A stretch of 64,000 nucleotides of DNA from Candidatus Omnitrophota bacterium (GTDB taxonomy: Bacteria > Omnitrophota > Gorgyraeia > Gygaellales > Profunditerraquicolaceae): the NCBI GenBank assembly GCA_016208765.1, contig JACQXK010000065.1, positions 962 through 64,961 of the forward strand, in the 5' to 3' direction. The notes beneath the pieces are model-generated. The model was given only the letters and a program-made list of their open reading frames with translations, did no database searches and had not been told where the DNA came from. Within the stretch, counting starts at the first letter, position 1, and the number at the start of each line of letters is the position of its first letter. Positions 49,655-58,435 of this stretch are shown here, piece after piece. The translations under genes and the position numbers were made by a program.

Positions 49655-51232
49655 ATGAAGAAAAATATTATTTGTTTTGTTTTTATTACAGCTTTTTTGC
49701 TTGGGCTGTCCGGCCATAAGCTGAGCGCGTTCAATGATATGGAAACCGATCTGGAGCCAAGAATATCAATGGATTTTAAGGATGCTGAGCTTAAGGATGT
49801 ATTAAAGATATTTTCTATTCAGTCGGGCATGAATTTTATTGCTTCCGAGGGTGTTCAGGATAGGAAGATCACCCTTTATTTGGATAAGGTTCCTTTAAGA
49901 AACGCTATGGATAAATTCTTTAAGGCAAATAATCTTTCGTATCAACTGGATAAAGAAGCCAATATATTTGTGGTTAAAGATTTGGGTAAGCCGGCGGTGG
50001 AAATGGAAACAAGGATTTTCTATCTTAAGCACGCCACAGTATCATCATCTTCTTTAAAACAGGAAATGTCAGATTATCTTCAAGGGGAATCAACTTTTGC
50101 TACGGGAAATACAGCTTCTTCAGGGTCAACTTCCAGTTCTTCCAGCTCAAGCTCTGAAGGAGGAAAATGGCAGGTGGAAGAAAACTCCGGTATTACCAGC
50201 GTAGTAAAGAAGCTTCTTTCGTCAAACGGGATTGTGATTGAAGATTTTCGCACCAACAGCCTTGTAGTTTCTGATATACCCAGCCGTGTTGATGTTATTG
50301 CTCAGACTATTGCTGCTTTGGATATACCCTCAGCACAGGTTATCTTAGAAGTAGAAATGCTGGATGTGAGCAAAGAGGTTGCTGATCAGATAGGTTTTAA
50401 GTTTGGGCAAACTCCGCTTACTTTTGTTTTAACCGGAACAAGCGTTCCTACTGGATTTCCTTTTCATGCATTGAGCAAGACTTTTCTTACAGACAGTACA
50501 AGAGGAAGTTTAGGGATTAACCCTACGGCTGCAACCTCTTATCAGGCGCAGCTTGATTTTCTAAGGACTAACACCGAAACGAAATATTTAGCCAGGCCAA
50601 AGATTTTAACTTTGAATAACGAAACCGCAGAGATCAGGATTGCGACTAACGAATCAATCGGAATAAAAAGCACAACTACAGCTGCAGAAGGCACGGGAAC
50701 AAGCACTCAGGAAGCAGAGCGAACTGAAACAGGTGTAATTTTGCGCGTAACGCCTCAGATTAATATGGAGAGCGGTGAGATTACAATGTTTGTTTATCCT
50801 AAGGTTGCCGAGGCAGTCCAGGGAAACAGGCTAACAAGCGGAAACCAGACATTTCAATATCGTGATCCTGAAGAGCGCAGCACAAAGTCAATAGTCAAGG
50901 TAAAAGACGGAGATACAATTGTTATCGGCGGATTGTTACGTACTCAGAGGCAGGAAGTTATTACCAAGCTTCCTGTTTTAGGAGATTTACCTTTGGTAGG
51001 AGGCCTTTTCAGGCACAAGGCCCTGACTCCCAACAAAGACAGGGAGTTGATGGTTTTTATTACCCCGAGAATCGTTAAGGATCCTAAATCAGTTAAGTTA
51101 GTCAAGGATCAGCGCGATGATTTATTGTTCGCGGCTTCAGAAAGGGAACAGAGCCCGATTAGTTCATCAGATAGCCGTGATAACGTGATCAACTCAAGCC
51201 TCAACGCTTATAATAATAAGAAGAAAAGATAA
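49655..51232 (+). CDS. pilQ: type IV pilus secretin
   Basis: Secretin C-domain RPKILTLNNETAEIRI...VLGDLPLVGGLFRH...MVFITPRIV. Ser-rich linker. Confidence 0.85.
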   Translation: MKKNIICFVFITAFLLGLSGHKLSAFNDMETDLEPRISMDFKDAELKDVLKIFSIQSGMNFIASEGVQDRKITLYLDKVPLRNAMDKFFKANNLSYQLDKEANIFVVKDLGKPAVEMETRIFYLKHATVSSSSLKQEMSDYLQGESTFATGNTASSGSTSSSSSSSSEGGKWQVEENSGITSVVKKLLSSNGIVIEDFRTNSLVVSDIPSRVDVIAQTIAALDIPSAQVILEVEMLDVSKEVADQIGFKFGQTPLTFVLTGTSVPTGFPFHALSKTFLTDSTRGSLGINPTAATSYQAQLDFLRTNTETKYLARPKILTLNNETAEIRIATNESIGIKSTTTAAEGTGTSTQEAERTETGVILRVTPQINMESGEITMFVYPKVAEAVQGNRLTSGNQTFQYRDPEERSTKSIVKVKDGDTIVIGGLLRTQRQEVITKLPVLGDLPLVGGLFRHKALTPNKDRELMVFITPRIVKDPKSVKLVKDQRDDLLFAASEREQSPISSSDSRDNVINSSLNAYNNKKKR

Positions 51233-52950
51233 TGCCTCAGGGAAAATATCTGAAGTTAGGTGAACTTCTGATTAAAGAAGGGCTTATTGATGCTGATAAG
51301 CTTGAAAAAGCAATGCTTACCCAGAAGCAGGATGGAGGCAGGCTTGGAGAAATTTTAGTTAAGTTAGGGTTTGTTAAAGAAGAGCAACTTGTTGTCGTTC
51401 TTGGAAAACAATTGAACATGCCTTATTTTGCCCATACTACAGATATCTTACAACCTGCCCTTGAGCAGGGTTTGGAACTGCTTATTTCCCGCGACTATGC
51501 TGTGCGTAATTTGGCCATTCCTTTATCGCGAAACCTCAAATCTTTAACCGTTGCTATGTTTGATCCTCTGGATTTAATTCTTTTGGACAACATCAAAAAA
51601 TTGACCGGATATGAAATCAATCCTGTGCTTGCTACAAAAGCAAGCATAATGCGCAGTATTGAGGCGTTTTACGGCAAGTCCCAGTTATTAAAAGAGGCTG
51701 TTAATGCCAGTTATGACATTATTTCCGATGAAGCATTGATTTCAGTTGAAGGCGCTGATCAGGAATTAAGCCTTGATAAACTTATTGCCAGCGCAGAAGA
51801 GGCCCCTGTCATTAAATTAGTTGATTTGATCATTCGTCAGGCTATTGATGAGGGCGCTTCTGATATTCATGTGGAGCCGTTTAAAGAAAAAATTTCTTTG
51901 CGCTACCGCATTGACGGAAAATTGTATGAAATCCCGCCGCCTGCCAAACATTTACACCTTGCAATAGTTTCCCGTATTAAGATCATGGCAAAACTTGATA
52001 TTGCCGAGAAACGCCTTCCTCAGGACGGGGCGATTATGGTTAGGATAGAGCAGAGGGCAATTGATATCAGGGTTTCTATAATACCGACGATTTATGGGGA
52101 AAAGGCTGTTTTAAGGATATTAGACCGCAGTAAAGTGGTTTTAGATTTGGCTCGTTTGGGTTTTGAGCCTAACCAACTGGAGCTCATACGAAAAGCTTCA
52201 AACTCTCCATATGGGCTTGTGTTTGTAACCGGGCCCACCGGAAGCGGTAAATCAACTACTTTGTATGCGATCCTAAATGAGGTAAAGAATCCGGAAAAAA
52301 ATATAATTACCATTGAAGATCCTGTGGAGTATAAATTGGAAGGAATTAATCAGGTGCAGGTTAAGCCTGAGATTGGGCTTAATTTTGCAGCAGCCCTGAG
52401 AAGTTTTTTAAGGCAGGATCCGGATGTTATGCTTGTGGGAGAGGTCAGGGATTTGGAAACCGCGCAGATTTGCATCCGTTCTTCGCTAACCGGCCATTTG
52501 GTATTAAGCACTCTTCATACAAATGATGCTCCTTCTGCAATAACAAGGCTTTTAGATATAGGGATTGAACCGTATTTGCTCGCTCCTTCATTATTATTGA
52601 TAGTGGGGCAGCGCTTGTTGCGTAAACTTTGTCCGGAGTGTAAAGAGGCATATGAGCCTTCAAAGGAAATTCTAAAAAGCTCAAAGGTCAAGGCGGAGCT
52701 TATTTATCGGGCAAAGGGGTGCAAGGCGTGTATTAATACCGGATATAAAGGCAGGGTTTGTATTGCTGAGGTAATGCAGATCACTCCAGGTATACAGGAA
52801 TTAATCACCCAGCAGGTTTCTTTTCAAAAGATTAGAGAGTTAGCTCGTCAAGAAGGGATGCAGACACTTTATGAATCTGCCGTAAAAAAGGTTGAAGCAG
52901 GGATCACTTCTCTTGAAGAGGCGCTTTCCGTAACTTTGGGGGCTGACTGA
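51232..52950 (+). CDS. pilB: type IV pilus assembly ATPase PilB/GspE
   Basis: T2SSE_N domain, Walker A GPTGSGKSTT, tetracysteine C-terminus. Confidence 0.9.
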   Translation: MPQGKYLKLGELLIKEGLIDADKLEKAMLTQKQDGGRLGEILVKLGFVKEEQLVVVLGKQLNMPYFAHTTDILQPALEQGLELLISRDYAVRNLAIPLSRNLKSLTVAMFDPLDLILLDNIKKLTGYEINPVLATKASIMRSIEAFYGKSQLLKEAVNASYDIISDEALISVEGADQELSLDKLIASAEEAPVIKLVDLIIRQAIDEGASDIHVEPFKEKISLRYRIDGKLYEIPPPAKHLHLAIVSRIKIMAKLDIAEKRLPQDGAIMVRIEQRAIDIRVSIIPTIYGEKAVLRILDRSKVVLDLARLGFEPNQLELIRKASNSPYGLVFVTGPTGSGKSTTLYAILNEVKNPEKNIITIEDPVEYKLEGINQVQVKPEIGLNFAAALRSFLRQDPDVMLVGEVRDLETAQICIRSSLTGHLVLSTLHTNDAPSAITRLLDIGIEPYLLAPSLLLIVGQRLLRKLCPECKEAYEPSKEILKSSKVKAELIYRAKGCKACINTGYKGRVCIAEVMQITPGIQELITQQVSFQKIRELARQEGMQTLYESAVKKVEAGITSLEEALSVTLGAD

Positions 52951-54188
52951 TGCCTAAATATTTTTATTTTGCAAGGGATAAAGCCGGGATAAAAGTCAGT
53001 GGAGTTGAAGATGCAAATACTCAGGAAGAAGTGGTTAACAGGCTTCAGGCAAGAGGCCTGACTGTTGTAGGTATCTTAACAGAAGAACAGCAGCAAATAT
53101 CTACTGCTTTAAATTTAAATATTTCATCAAAAATCAAGTTTAGGCCAAAACATGGCAGGGTTACAAGTTCAGACTTGACTTTATTTTGCCGTCAGCTGGC
53201 AACGCTTTTAGGGGCGGGAGTTACAATCTTAAGAAGTTTAAATGTTATTTCACAGCAGGTAAACAGCCGCAGGCTGTATGAGACTATAAAATTATTGGAA
53301 AAGAACATGGAAGCAGGCTTGAGCTTTCATGAGGCAATGGGAAAGTTCCCAAAAGTGTTTCCTGAATTATGGGTTAATCTTGCTGAGAGCGGAGAGGCAT
53401 CAGGAAATCTTCCGATAGTTTTGTCAAGGCTGGCAAGTTACTTAGAGCAGACAGAGGCGTTTAGGTCAAAAATCATCTCGGCATTAATTTATCCTGCAAT
53501 ATTGTTGCTGGTGGGCACAGGCGCCTTGTTTTTTCTGACCGTCAAGATCATTCCTACCTTTATTGAGTTGTTTAAGGGTTTTAATATTGAACTGCCTTTG
53601 TTGACAAAAATGCTTTTTTCTTTCAGTAGTTTTGTAAGAGGTTATTTTTTGATCATTATAGGAGTTTTAATTGTTTGTTTTTTTGCCTTTCGCAAGTATA
53701 TTTCTACGCGCGACGGAAGAAAACAATTTGAGCAGTTTCTTTTTAAGGCGCCTGTGGTCGGAGAATTTTTTAGGGTTATTGCGATTGAACGTTTTACCTC
53801 TGAAATGTCTACTTTGATTGAAAGCGGCGTTCCGATCTTGTATTCCCTTGAGATTGCCGAGCGTAGCGTTGGAAGCGTCATTCTTAGCGAAATTGTAGCC
53901 GGGGTCAAAAATGATGTGCGGGAAGGAAAGACCCTGAGCCAGCCTCTGGAAAAATCAGGGTTTTTTGACCCGATGGTGGTGCAGATGGTGGCAATTGGCG
54001 AGGAGATAGGGGACTTGTCAAACATGTTTAAACGGCTTAATAATTATTATCAGGAATACATTAATACTTTTCTTACGCGTTTTACCGCTATGTTTGAGCC
54101 TGTTATGCTTGTGTTTATGGGGATAGTTGTCGGCATAATGGTTATTGGGATGTTTTTACCGATATTCCAGCTGACCCAGATTAAATAG
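52950..54188 (+). CDS. pilC: type IV pilus platform protein PilC/GspF
   Basis: Two GspF repeats, 3 TM segments. Confidence 0.9.
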   Translation: MPKYFYFARDKAGIKVSGVEDANTQEEVVNRLQARGLTVVGILTEEQQQISTALNLNISSKIKFRPKHGRVTSSDLTLFCRQLATLLGAGVTILRSLNVISQQVNSRRLYETIKLLEKNMEAGLSFHEAMGKFPKVFPELWVNLAESGEASGNLPIVLSRLASYLEQTEAFRSKIISALIYPAILLLVGTGALFFLTVKIIPTFIELFKGFNIELPLLTKMLFSFSSFVRGYFLIIIGVLIVCFFAFRKYISTRDGRKQFEQFLFKAPVVGEFFRVIAIERFTSEMSTLIESGVPILYSLEIAERSVGSVILSEIVAGVKNDVREGKTLSQPLEKSGFFDPMVVQMVAIGEEIGDLSNMFKRLNNYYQEYINTFLTRFTAMFEPVMLVFMGIVVGIMVIGMFLPIFQLTQIK

Positions 54189-54273
54189 TAATGCCCCGAA
54201 TGACACAGCATGCGTCATCCTGAACGAGCATAAGCGAGTGAAGGATCTGGGTTCTTAGTCTGCTCGTCGGAAG

Positions 54274-54302
54274 TTGACTTGTTCTTTTTAAAATGGTATA
54301 AT
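54274..54302 (+). promoter_or_regulatory. near-consensus sigma70 promoter (TTGACT, 17 bp spacer, TATAAT) for the pseudopilin operon
   Basis: Read directly. Confidence 0.6.
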
Positions 54303-54384
54303 ATAAATAGGTCAGTTCTTGAAAGGAGGTGGGTCAAACCGTTAGTTTGTTTGTTGTAATTCTACAACTTAAAAGGAGGATAAA

Positions 54385-54816
54385 ATGAGAAAAGGTTTTA
54401 CTTTAATAGAATTATTGATTGTTATCATTATTGTAGGTGTTTTGGCAACATTGGGTATTATTCAGTATCAGGCGGTTATTGAAAAGGCAAGAGGGGCTGA
54501 GGCAAAGCAGGTGATCAGTACTTTACGTAGCCAGTGTGCTGCTATTTATCTGGATACGGGTGCTACAACTACTTGTACAGCTGCAAATTTAGGGGTTGGC
54601 GTTGGTATTCCTGGTCCTGCTGTAGCAAATTGCGCAACAACAAATTATTTTTATTATAATGTTGCGAATGCCACTCCCGCAGTGACTTTTACTGCTACAA
54701 GGTGCGGAGCTACAGGAAAAAGCCCGGCAGTTGCAAATGCTACTGGAAAAACCCTGGTGTTAACGACTGACATGTCCAATGGTTCAGATGTTTGGTCGGG
54801 AACAGGCGGGTATTAA
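54385..54816 (+). CDS. type IV pilin/pseudopilin (prepilin N-methylation motif)
   Basis: KGFTLIELLIVIIIVGVLATLGI. Perfect RBS AAGGAGG. Confidence 0.8.
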   Translation: MRKGFTLIELLIVIIIVGVLATLGIIQYQAVIEKARGAEAKQVISTLRSQCAAIYLDTGATTTCTAANLGVGVGIPGPAVANCATTNYFYYNVANATPAVTFTATRCGATGKSPAVANATGKTLVLTTDMSNGSDVWSGTGGY

Positions 54817-54847
54817 AAAAGTTATTAGTTTTTTAGTGGAGAATCAA

Positions 54848-55291
54848 ATGAAAAAGCCGCGTTTTTCTTGGAGAAATTTATGTTTTATAAAGAGAAGCGC
54901 GGCTTTTACATTGATGGAGATGTTGGTAGTTATTGTGATTATCGGTATTCTTGCAACCTTGAGTTTTTCGCATTTTGCTTCTGTAAGAGAAAGCACTTTT
55001 GACAGGGAAGCTCAGGCTAATCTACGGCTTATCTTGGCTGCTGAGAGAATTGCAAGGTTAGAGGATCCTGCTAATCTGTATGTAGTGCCTGCGCCAAATA
55101 ATAATAGCGGGATTAATACAGACTTGCACTTAATGCTTCCTGTCTCTAATCCTAACTGGAATTATACAATTAATAGTGCTAATGGCAGTGCATTTTGTGC
55201 TAATGCTTCCCGCAGTACAAGAAATTGGTGTATTAGTAATTTACAAGAAACTCCTCTTAACAAGGTCTGCGCTGCGGACGTTTGTCAGTAA
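54848..55291 (+). CDS. prepilin-type minor pilin
   Basis: AAFTLMEMLVVIVIIGILATLS. Confidence 0.7.
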   Translation: MKKPRFSWRNLCFIKRSAAFTLMEMLVVIVIIGILATLSFSHFASVRESTFDREAQANLRLILAAERIARLEDPANLYVVPAPNNNSGINTDLHLMLPVSNPNWNYTINSANGSAFCANASRSTRNWCISNLQETPLNKVCAADVCQ

Positions 55292-55316
55292 TTATTTATG
55301 GCCAACTGAGATTAAT

Positions 55317-55679
55317 ATGAATAACAGGTGTTTTTGTAACAAGGCATTTACGCTGATGGAGATTTTAGTTTCTATGATTATTTTTAGCTTATTAGTTATG
55401 TCTTTTGCAGCTTTAATTGTTACTGGAAAGCGTTATATAGCATCAAGTCGTGCACGCATAGCCGGAGGAGAGATCGGAAAATATTTTCTTGATCCTTTGC
55501 AGCTTCAGGTCAGGCAGGATCAATGGGGGAATAATTGTTTAAGTGCAGGCATTAATTGTGATACTGCTAACTGGATTGATCCTTCAAGCGGCATAGTTTA
55601 CACTCCTGCTTATAATTTTAGCGATGTAAATAATCTTCGCAAGTTAAAGCTAACCCTTACCTGGAATGAGCCGCAATAA
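55317..55679 (+). CDS. prepilin-type minor pilin
   Basis: KAFTLMEILVSMIIFSLLV. Confidence 0.65.
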   Translation: MNNRCFCNKAFTLMEILVSMIIFSLLVMSFAALIVTGKRYIASSRARIAGGEIGKYFLDPLQLQVRQDQWGNNCLSAGINCDTANWIDPSSGIVYTPAYNFSDVNNLRKLKLTLTWNEPQ

Positions 55680-56304
55680 GTCTTCCACTCTTTTTGAGCT
55701 AATAATAGCATTGGCGCTTTTTTCATTTTTGGTTTTGGGCGTTATAACAGCTGATTTTTTTGTGCGCCATCAGGTTGTCAATGCGCAGCGCAGGATAGTG
55801 GTGCAAAATGACCTGGCTTTTGTTGTAGAACATATGTCAAAGCAGTTAAAATATGCTATTGGAAGCAGTTCTGCCTGGGCATTGCAATATATTGTTATTC
55901 CAGCGCCTAACAATGAGCAGAGGATACTGGTTTATGTTGATGCTAATGGTAATGCCCAAAGAGATACTGTATTGCAGGGAGATAGAAATATAGCATACAG
56001 ATTTTATCCTGCAACTAAGAATGTTGTATTTTGCCAGAATTTTTCTGCTAATTGCTCTGACGAGGTTTTAAGCAACCATATTACAAGCCTTACTGTTTTA
56101 CCTGAGCCAAATTTTACTAATCTGTCATCTGATCCTCCATCCCCGTTTATTATTCCAACAGCAACGCTTCCGACAAATTGTATTTTTGTTCTTGTTACAG
56201 GATGCTGGGATCCTGCTCAGGCAAATCAGGCCTGCGGCACAGCGGATAATCCGGCAATTACCCTTCAGACAGGAATAAGCATGCCTTCTGTTTCTGTGAA
56301 CTAA
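55666..56304 (+). CDS. prepilin-type minor pilin (PilW/GspJ-like size)
   Basis: STLFELIIALALFSFLVLGV. Confidence 0.65.
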   Translation: MSRNKSSTLFELIIALALFSFLVLGVITADFFVRHQVVNAQRRIVVQNDLAFVVEHMSKQLKYAIGSSSAWALQYIVIPAPNNEQRILVYVDANGNAQRDTVLQGDRNIAYRFYPATKNVVFCQNFSANCSDEVLSNHITSLTVLPEPNFTNLSSDPPSPFIIPTATLPTNCIFVLVTGCWDPAQANQACGTADNPAITLQTGISMPSVSVN

Positions 56305-56357
56305 TCGTTTTATTTGCTAAACTTAAACAATTGTGGTAATTTATTTAGGTGAATTAC

Positions 56358-56453
56358 GGGGCAGTAGCTCAGTTGGCCCCTACGCTCACAAAAAGATGTT
56401 CGTTCGGGGTCCCGACCGAATTGAAAACGAGCGTCGGGAGAGAGAGCGCCGCG
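56358..56453 (+). repeat. tRNA-like/hairpin repeat copy A (5' segment only)
   Basis: GGGGCAGTAGCTCAGTTGG + CCCC...GGGG hairpin + TCCCGAC...GTCGGGA hairpin + GAGAGAGCGCCGCG. Confidence 0.7.
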
Positions 56454-56458
56454 TAAAT

Positions 56459-56755
56459 ATGAAAAAAGGATATGTTTATATATTAAAAAGCATTGAGAAG
56501 AATAGGTTTTATATTGGTAGTACAAACAATCTTGAAGAGAGGTTAAAGAGACATAAACATGGCTTGGTTAAAGCAACTCGTCCTTTATTGCCAGTGGAGT
56601 TGAAGTTTTTTCAGGAATATGGTACATTTGGAATTGCTCGTAAGATTGAATTAAAATTAAAGAAGCTTAAAAGAAAAGATTATATTGAAAATATTATTAA
56701 AGACGGTTTGATTAAATGGGGTAGTAGCTCAGTTGGCCCCGACGCCTTTGAGTAG
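56459..56755 (+). CDS. GIY-YIG nuclease family protein (YhbQ/UPF0213-like, about 98 aa)
   Basis: KGYVYILKSIEKNRFYIGSTNNLEERLKRHKHG. ORF 56333..56755 trimmed to the ATG at 56459. The upstream part and the C-terminal GSSSVGP codons lie over repeat copies. Confidence 0.75.
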   Translation: MKKGYVYILKSIEKNRFYIGSTNNLEERLKRHKHGLVKATRPLLPVELKFFQEYGTFGIARKIELKLKKLKRKDYIENIIKDGLIKWGSSSVGPDAFE

Positions 56756-56829
56756 CTATAGCATAGTGGGTCGGGGTCCCGACCGCGAACAAAGTGAGCG
56801 CGTCGGGAGAGAACGCCGCATTTCCACCA
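56718..56829 (+). repeat. repeat copy B: as copy C, but with the anticodon-loop-to-acceptor segment deleted (..GCCGCATT joined to TCCACCA)
   Basis: Direct alignment with 56868-57007. Confidence 0.7.
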
Positions 56830-56867
56830 AGTTTCAATAGATTGATAATTAGTTGAGATTAGGCAGT

Positions 56868-57007
56868 AGCTCAGTTGGCCCCGACGCCTTTGAGTAGCTA
56901 TTGCGTAGTGGGTCGGGGTCCCGACCGCGAACAAAGTGAGCGCGTCGGGAGAGAACGCCGCATTCGCATTGCGGAGGTCAGCGGTTCAACTCCGCTCGGG
57001 TCCACCA
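56868..57007 (+). tRNA. tRNA-Ala(CGC)-like gene with a canonical anticodon arm, T-arm and CCA, but the 5' half carries an about 66-nt double-hairpin insertion and the acceptor strands do not pair. Possibly disrupted or a pseudo-tRNA
   Basis: The 3' half reads CCGCA-TTCGCAT-TGCGG AGGTC AGCGG-TTCAACT-CCGCT CGGGTCC A CCA. The 5' GGGCAGTAGCTCAGTTGG is followed by CCCCGAC...GTCGGGG and TCCCGAC...GTCGGGA hairpins. Confidence 0.4.
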
Positions 57008-57149
57008 GAAATTTCCGTCAAAGAGAAATTTAAGTGGTACTTGCTCGTAAAAAAGCTCGCAAGAATTTCGATAGATAAAATATTTTTTAAGCTCAAATTG
57101 TTAAACAGTTAGACAAGGGTAGCAGTGAGTTTAGTACCTAAATATAAAG

Positions 57150-57701
57150 ATGCTAAATAAAGTCCAAAGAAAAAAGCTTCTTGTGATAGCCAGAAATACC
57201 ATTGAAACATATTTAATTTCAGGTAAAGAGCTGACTCTGACTGAAACTGACCCCGCTTTAACACGAAATGCCGGAGTATTTGTAAGTTTGCATGAGAATA
57301 ATAGCTTGAGAGGATGTATAGGCAGTTTATGCGCATCAGGGCCTTTATTTTTAGCTGTGCGTGATATGGCGATACAAGCAGCTCTGTGCGATCCTCGTTT
57401 CCCGTCGCTGACAATTTCAGAATTGCCTCAAGTTGAAATAGAGATCTCCGTGCTTTCAAAGATGAAACGTATAAATTCAATTGAAGAAATTGAATTGGGC
57501 AAGCACGGAGTAATGGTGAAAAAGGGAAGCTGCTGCGGAGTATATTTGCCGCAGGTAGCGCTTGAAACCGGCTGGTCAAAGGAAGAATTCCTTTCAAGCC
57601 TTTGCGCTCATAAGGCGGGATTACCTTCTGAAGCCTGGAAGGATAAATTTACCGAGGTCTGCATATTCGGTGCGGAAGTTTTCTCAGAAAAAGATAATTA
57701 A
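57150..57701 (+). CDS. AMMECR1 domain protein
   Basis: GVFVSLHENNSLRGCIGSL. Confidence 0.8.
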   Translation: MLNKVQRKKLLVIARNTIETYLISGKELTLTETDPALTRNAGVFVSLHENNSLRGCIGSLCASGPLFLAVRDMAIQAALCDPRFPSLTISELPQVEIEISVLSKMKRINSIEEIELGKHGVMVKKGSCCGVYLPQVALETGWSKEEFLSSLCAHKAGLPSEAWKDKFTEVCIFGAEVFSEKDN

Positions 57702-58435
57702 TGAATAAATTTTTTGTTCCTGCCCAGAATATTTCCCAAGATAAAATCAGCGTTTTAAATAGCGATCAGATTCATCATCTTCAGGTTGTTTTGCGGCTTA
57801 AGCCCGGAGAGGTAGTTGGTGTTTTTGACGGCGCAGGAAATGAGTATATGGCAACAATTGATAAGATATCCGCGAGATCCGTGGATTTAACCGTCCTGGA
57901 AAAAAGCAGCGCGTCCAATATTAATAAAATTTGTGTTACTATTGCCTGCGCAATCCCCAAGAAAACCAGCATGGACGATATTATTGATAAATTAACACAG
58001 TTAGGCGCGGATAGGGTTATCCCAATGATTACTGAGCGGGTAATTGTCAGGCTTGATCAGCAAAAAGCCATTTTACGTAAAAAAAGATGGGATAAAATTT
58101 CCTTAAATGCTTCTCAGCAAAGCCAGAGGTTAAACCTTATGGCTATTGATCCGCTAAAAGATATCAGTGAAGTTTTATCTGAGGCGGGAGGTTTTGATTT
58201 AAAATTAATTCCAACTATATTAGGAGAGCGAAAAGAGATTAAGGAAGTTTTGGCGCAGACGCAAGCAAGGAAAATTCTGGTTCTTATCGGCCCTGAAGGA
58301 GATTTTACTCCTGAAGAAGTCAGCGCTGCGGTTAAATCCGGTTTTGTTCCTGTTTCTCTCGGAGAAACTGTCTTGCGCGTTGATACTGCAGCCATTGTAG
58401 TTGCCGGCTTCATTAAGTTGTATGCAAACAATTAA
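57701..58435 (+). CDS. rsmE: 16S rRNA (uracil1498-N3)-methyltransferase
   Basis: RsmE family layout: N-terminal PUA-like, C-terminal ...LIGPEGDFTPEE... Confidence 0.8.
   Translation: MNKFFVPAQNISQDKISVLNSDQIHHLQVVLRLKPGEVVGVFDGAGNEYMATIDKISARSVDLTVLEKSSASNINKICVTIACAIPKKTSMDDIIDKLTQLGADRVIPMITERVIVRLDQQKAILRKKRWDKISLNASQQSQRLNLMAIDPLKDISEVLSEAGGFDLKLIPTILGERKEIKEVLAQTQARKILVLIGPEGDFTPEEVSAAVKSGFVPVSLGETVLRVDTAAIVVAGFIKLYANN

Noticed and set aside
56333..56458. Upstream extension of the GIY-YIG ORF to 140 aa
   Set aside because: The extension is a translation through repeat copy A. Both ends of the long ORF encode GSSSVGP simply because the repeat recurs. The ATG at 56459 begins directly with the conserved GYVYIL motif.
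56868..57007. Group I or archaeal-type intron in a tRNA gene
   Set aside because: The interruption is only about 66 nt and lies in the D-loop, far too small for a group I intron. Even after removing it, the 5' strand GGGGCAG does not pair with the 3' strand CGGGTCC.
57109..57597. 162-aa minus-strand ORF opposite the AMMECR1 gene
   Set aside because: Antisense shadow of a well-supported + strand gene.
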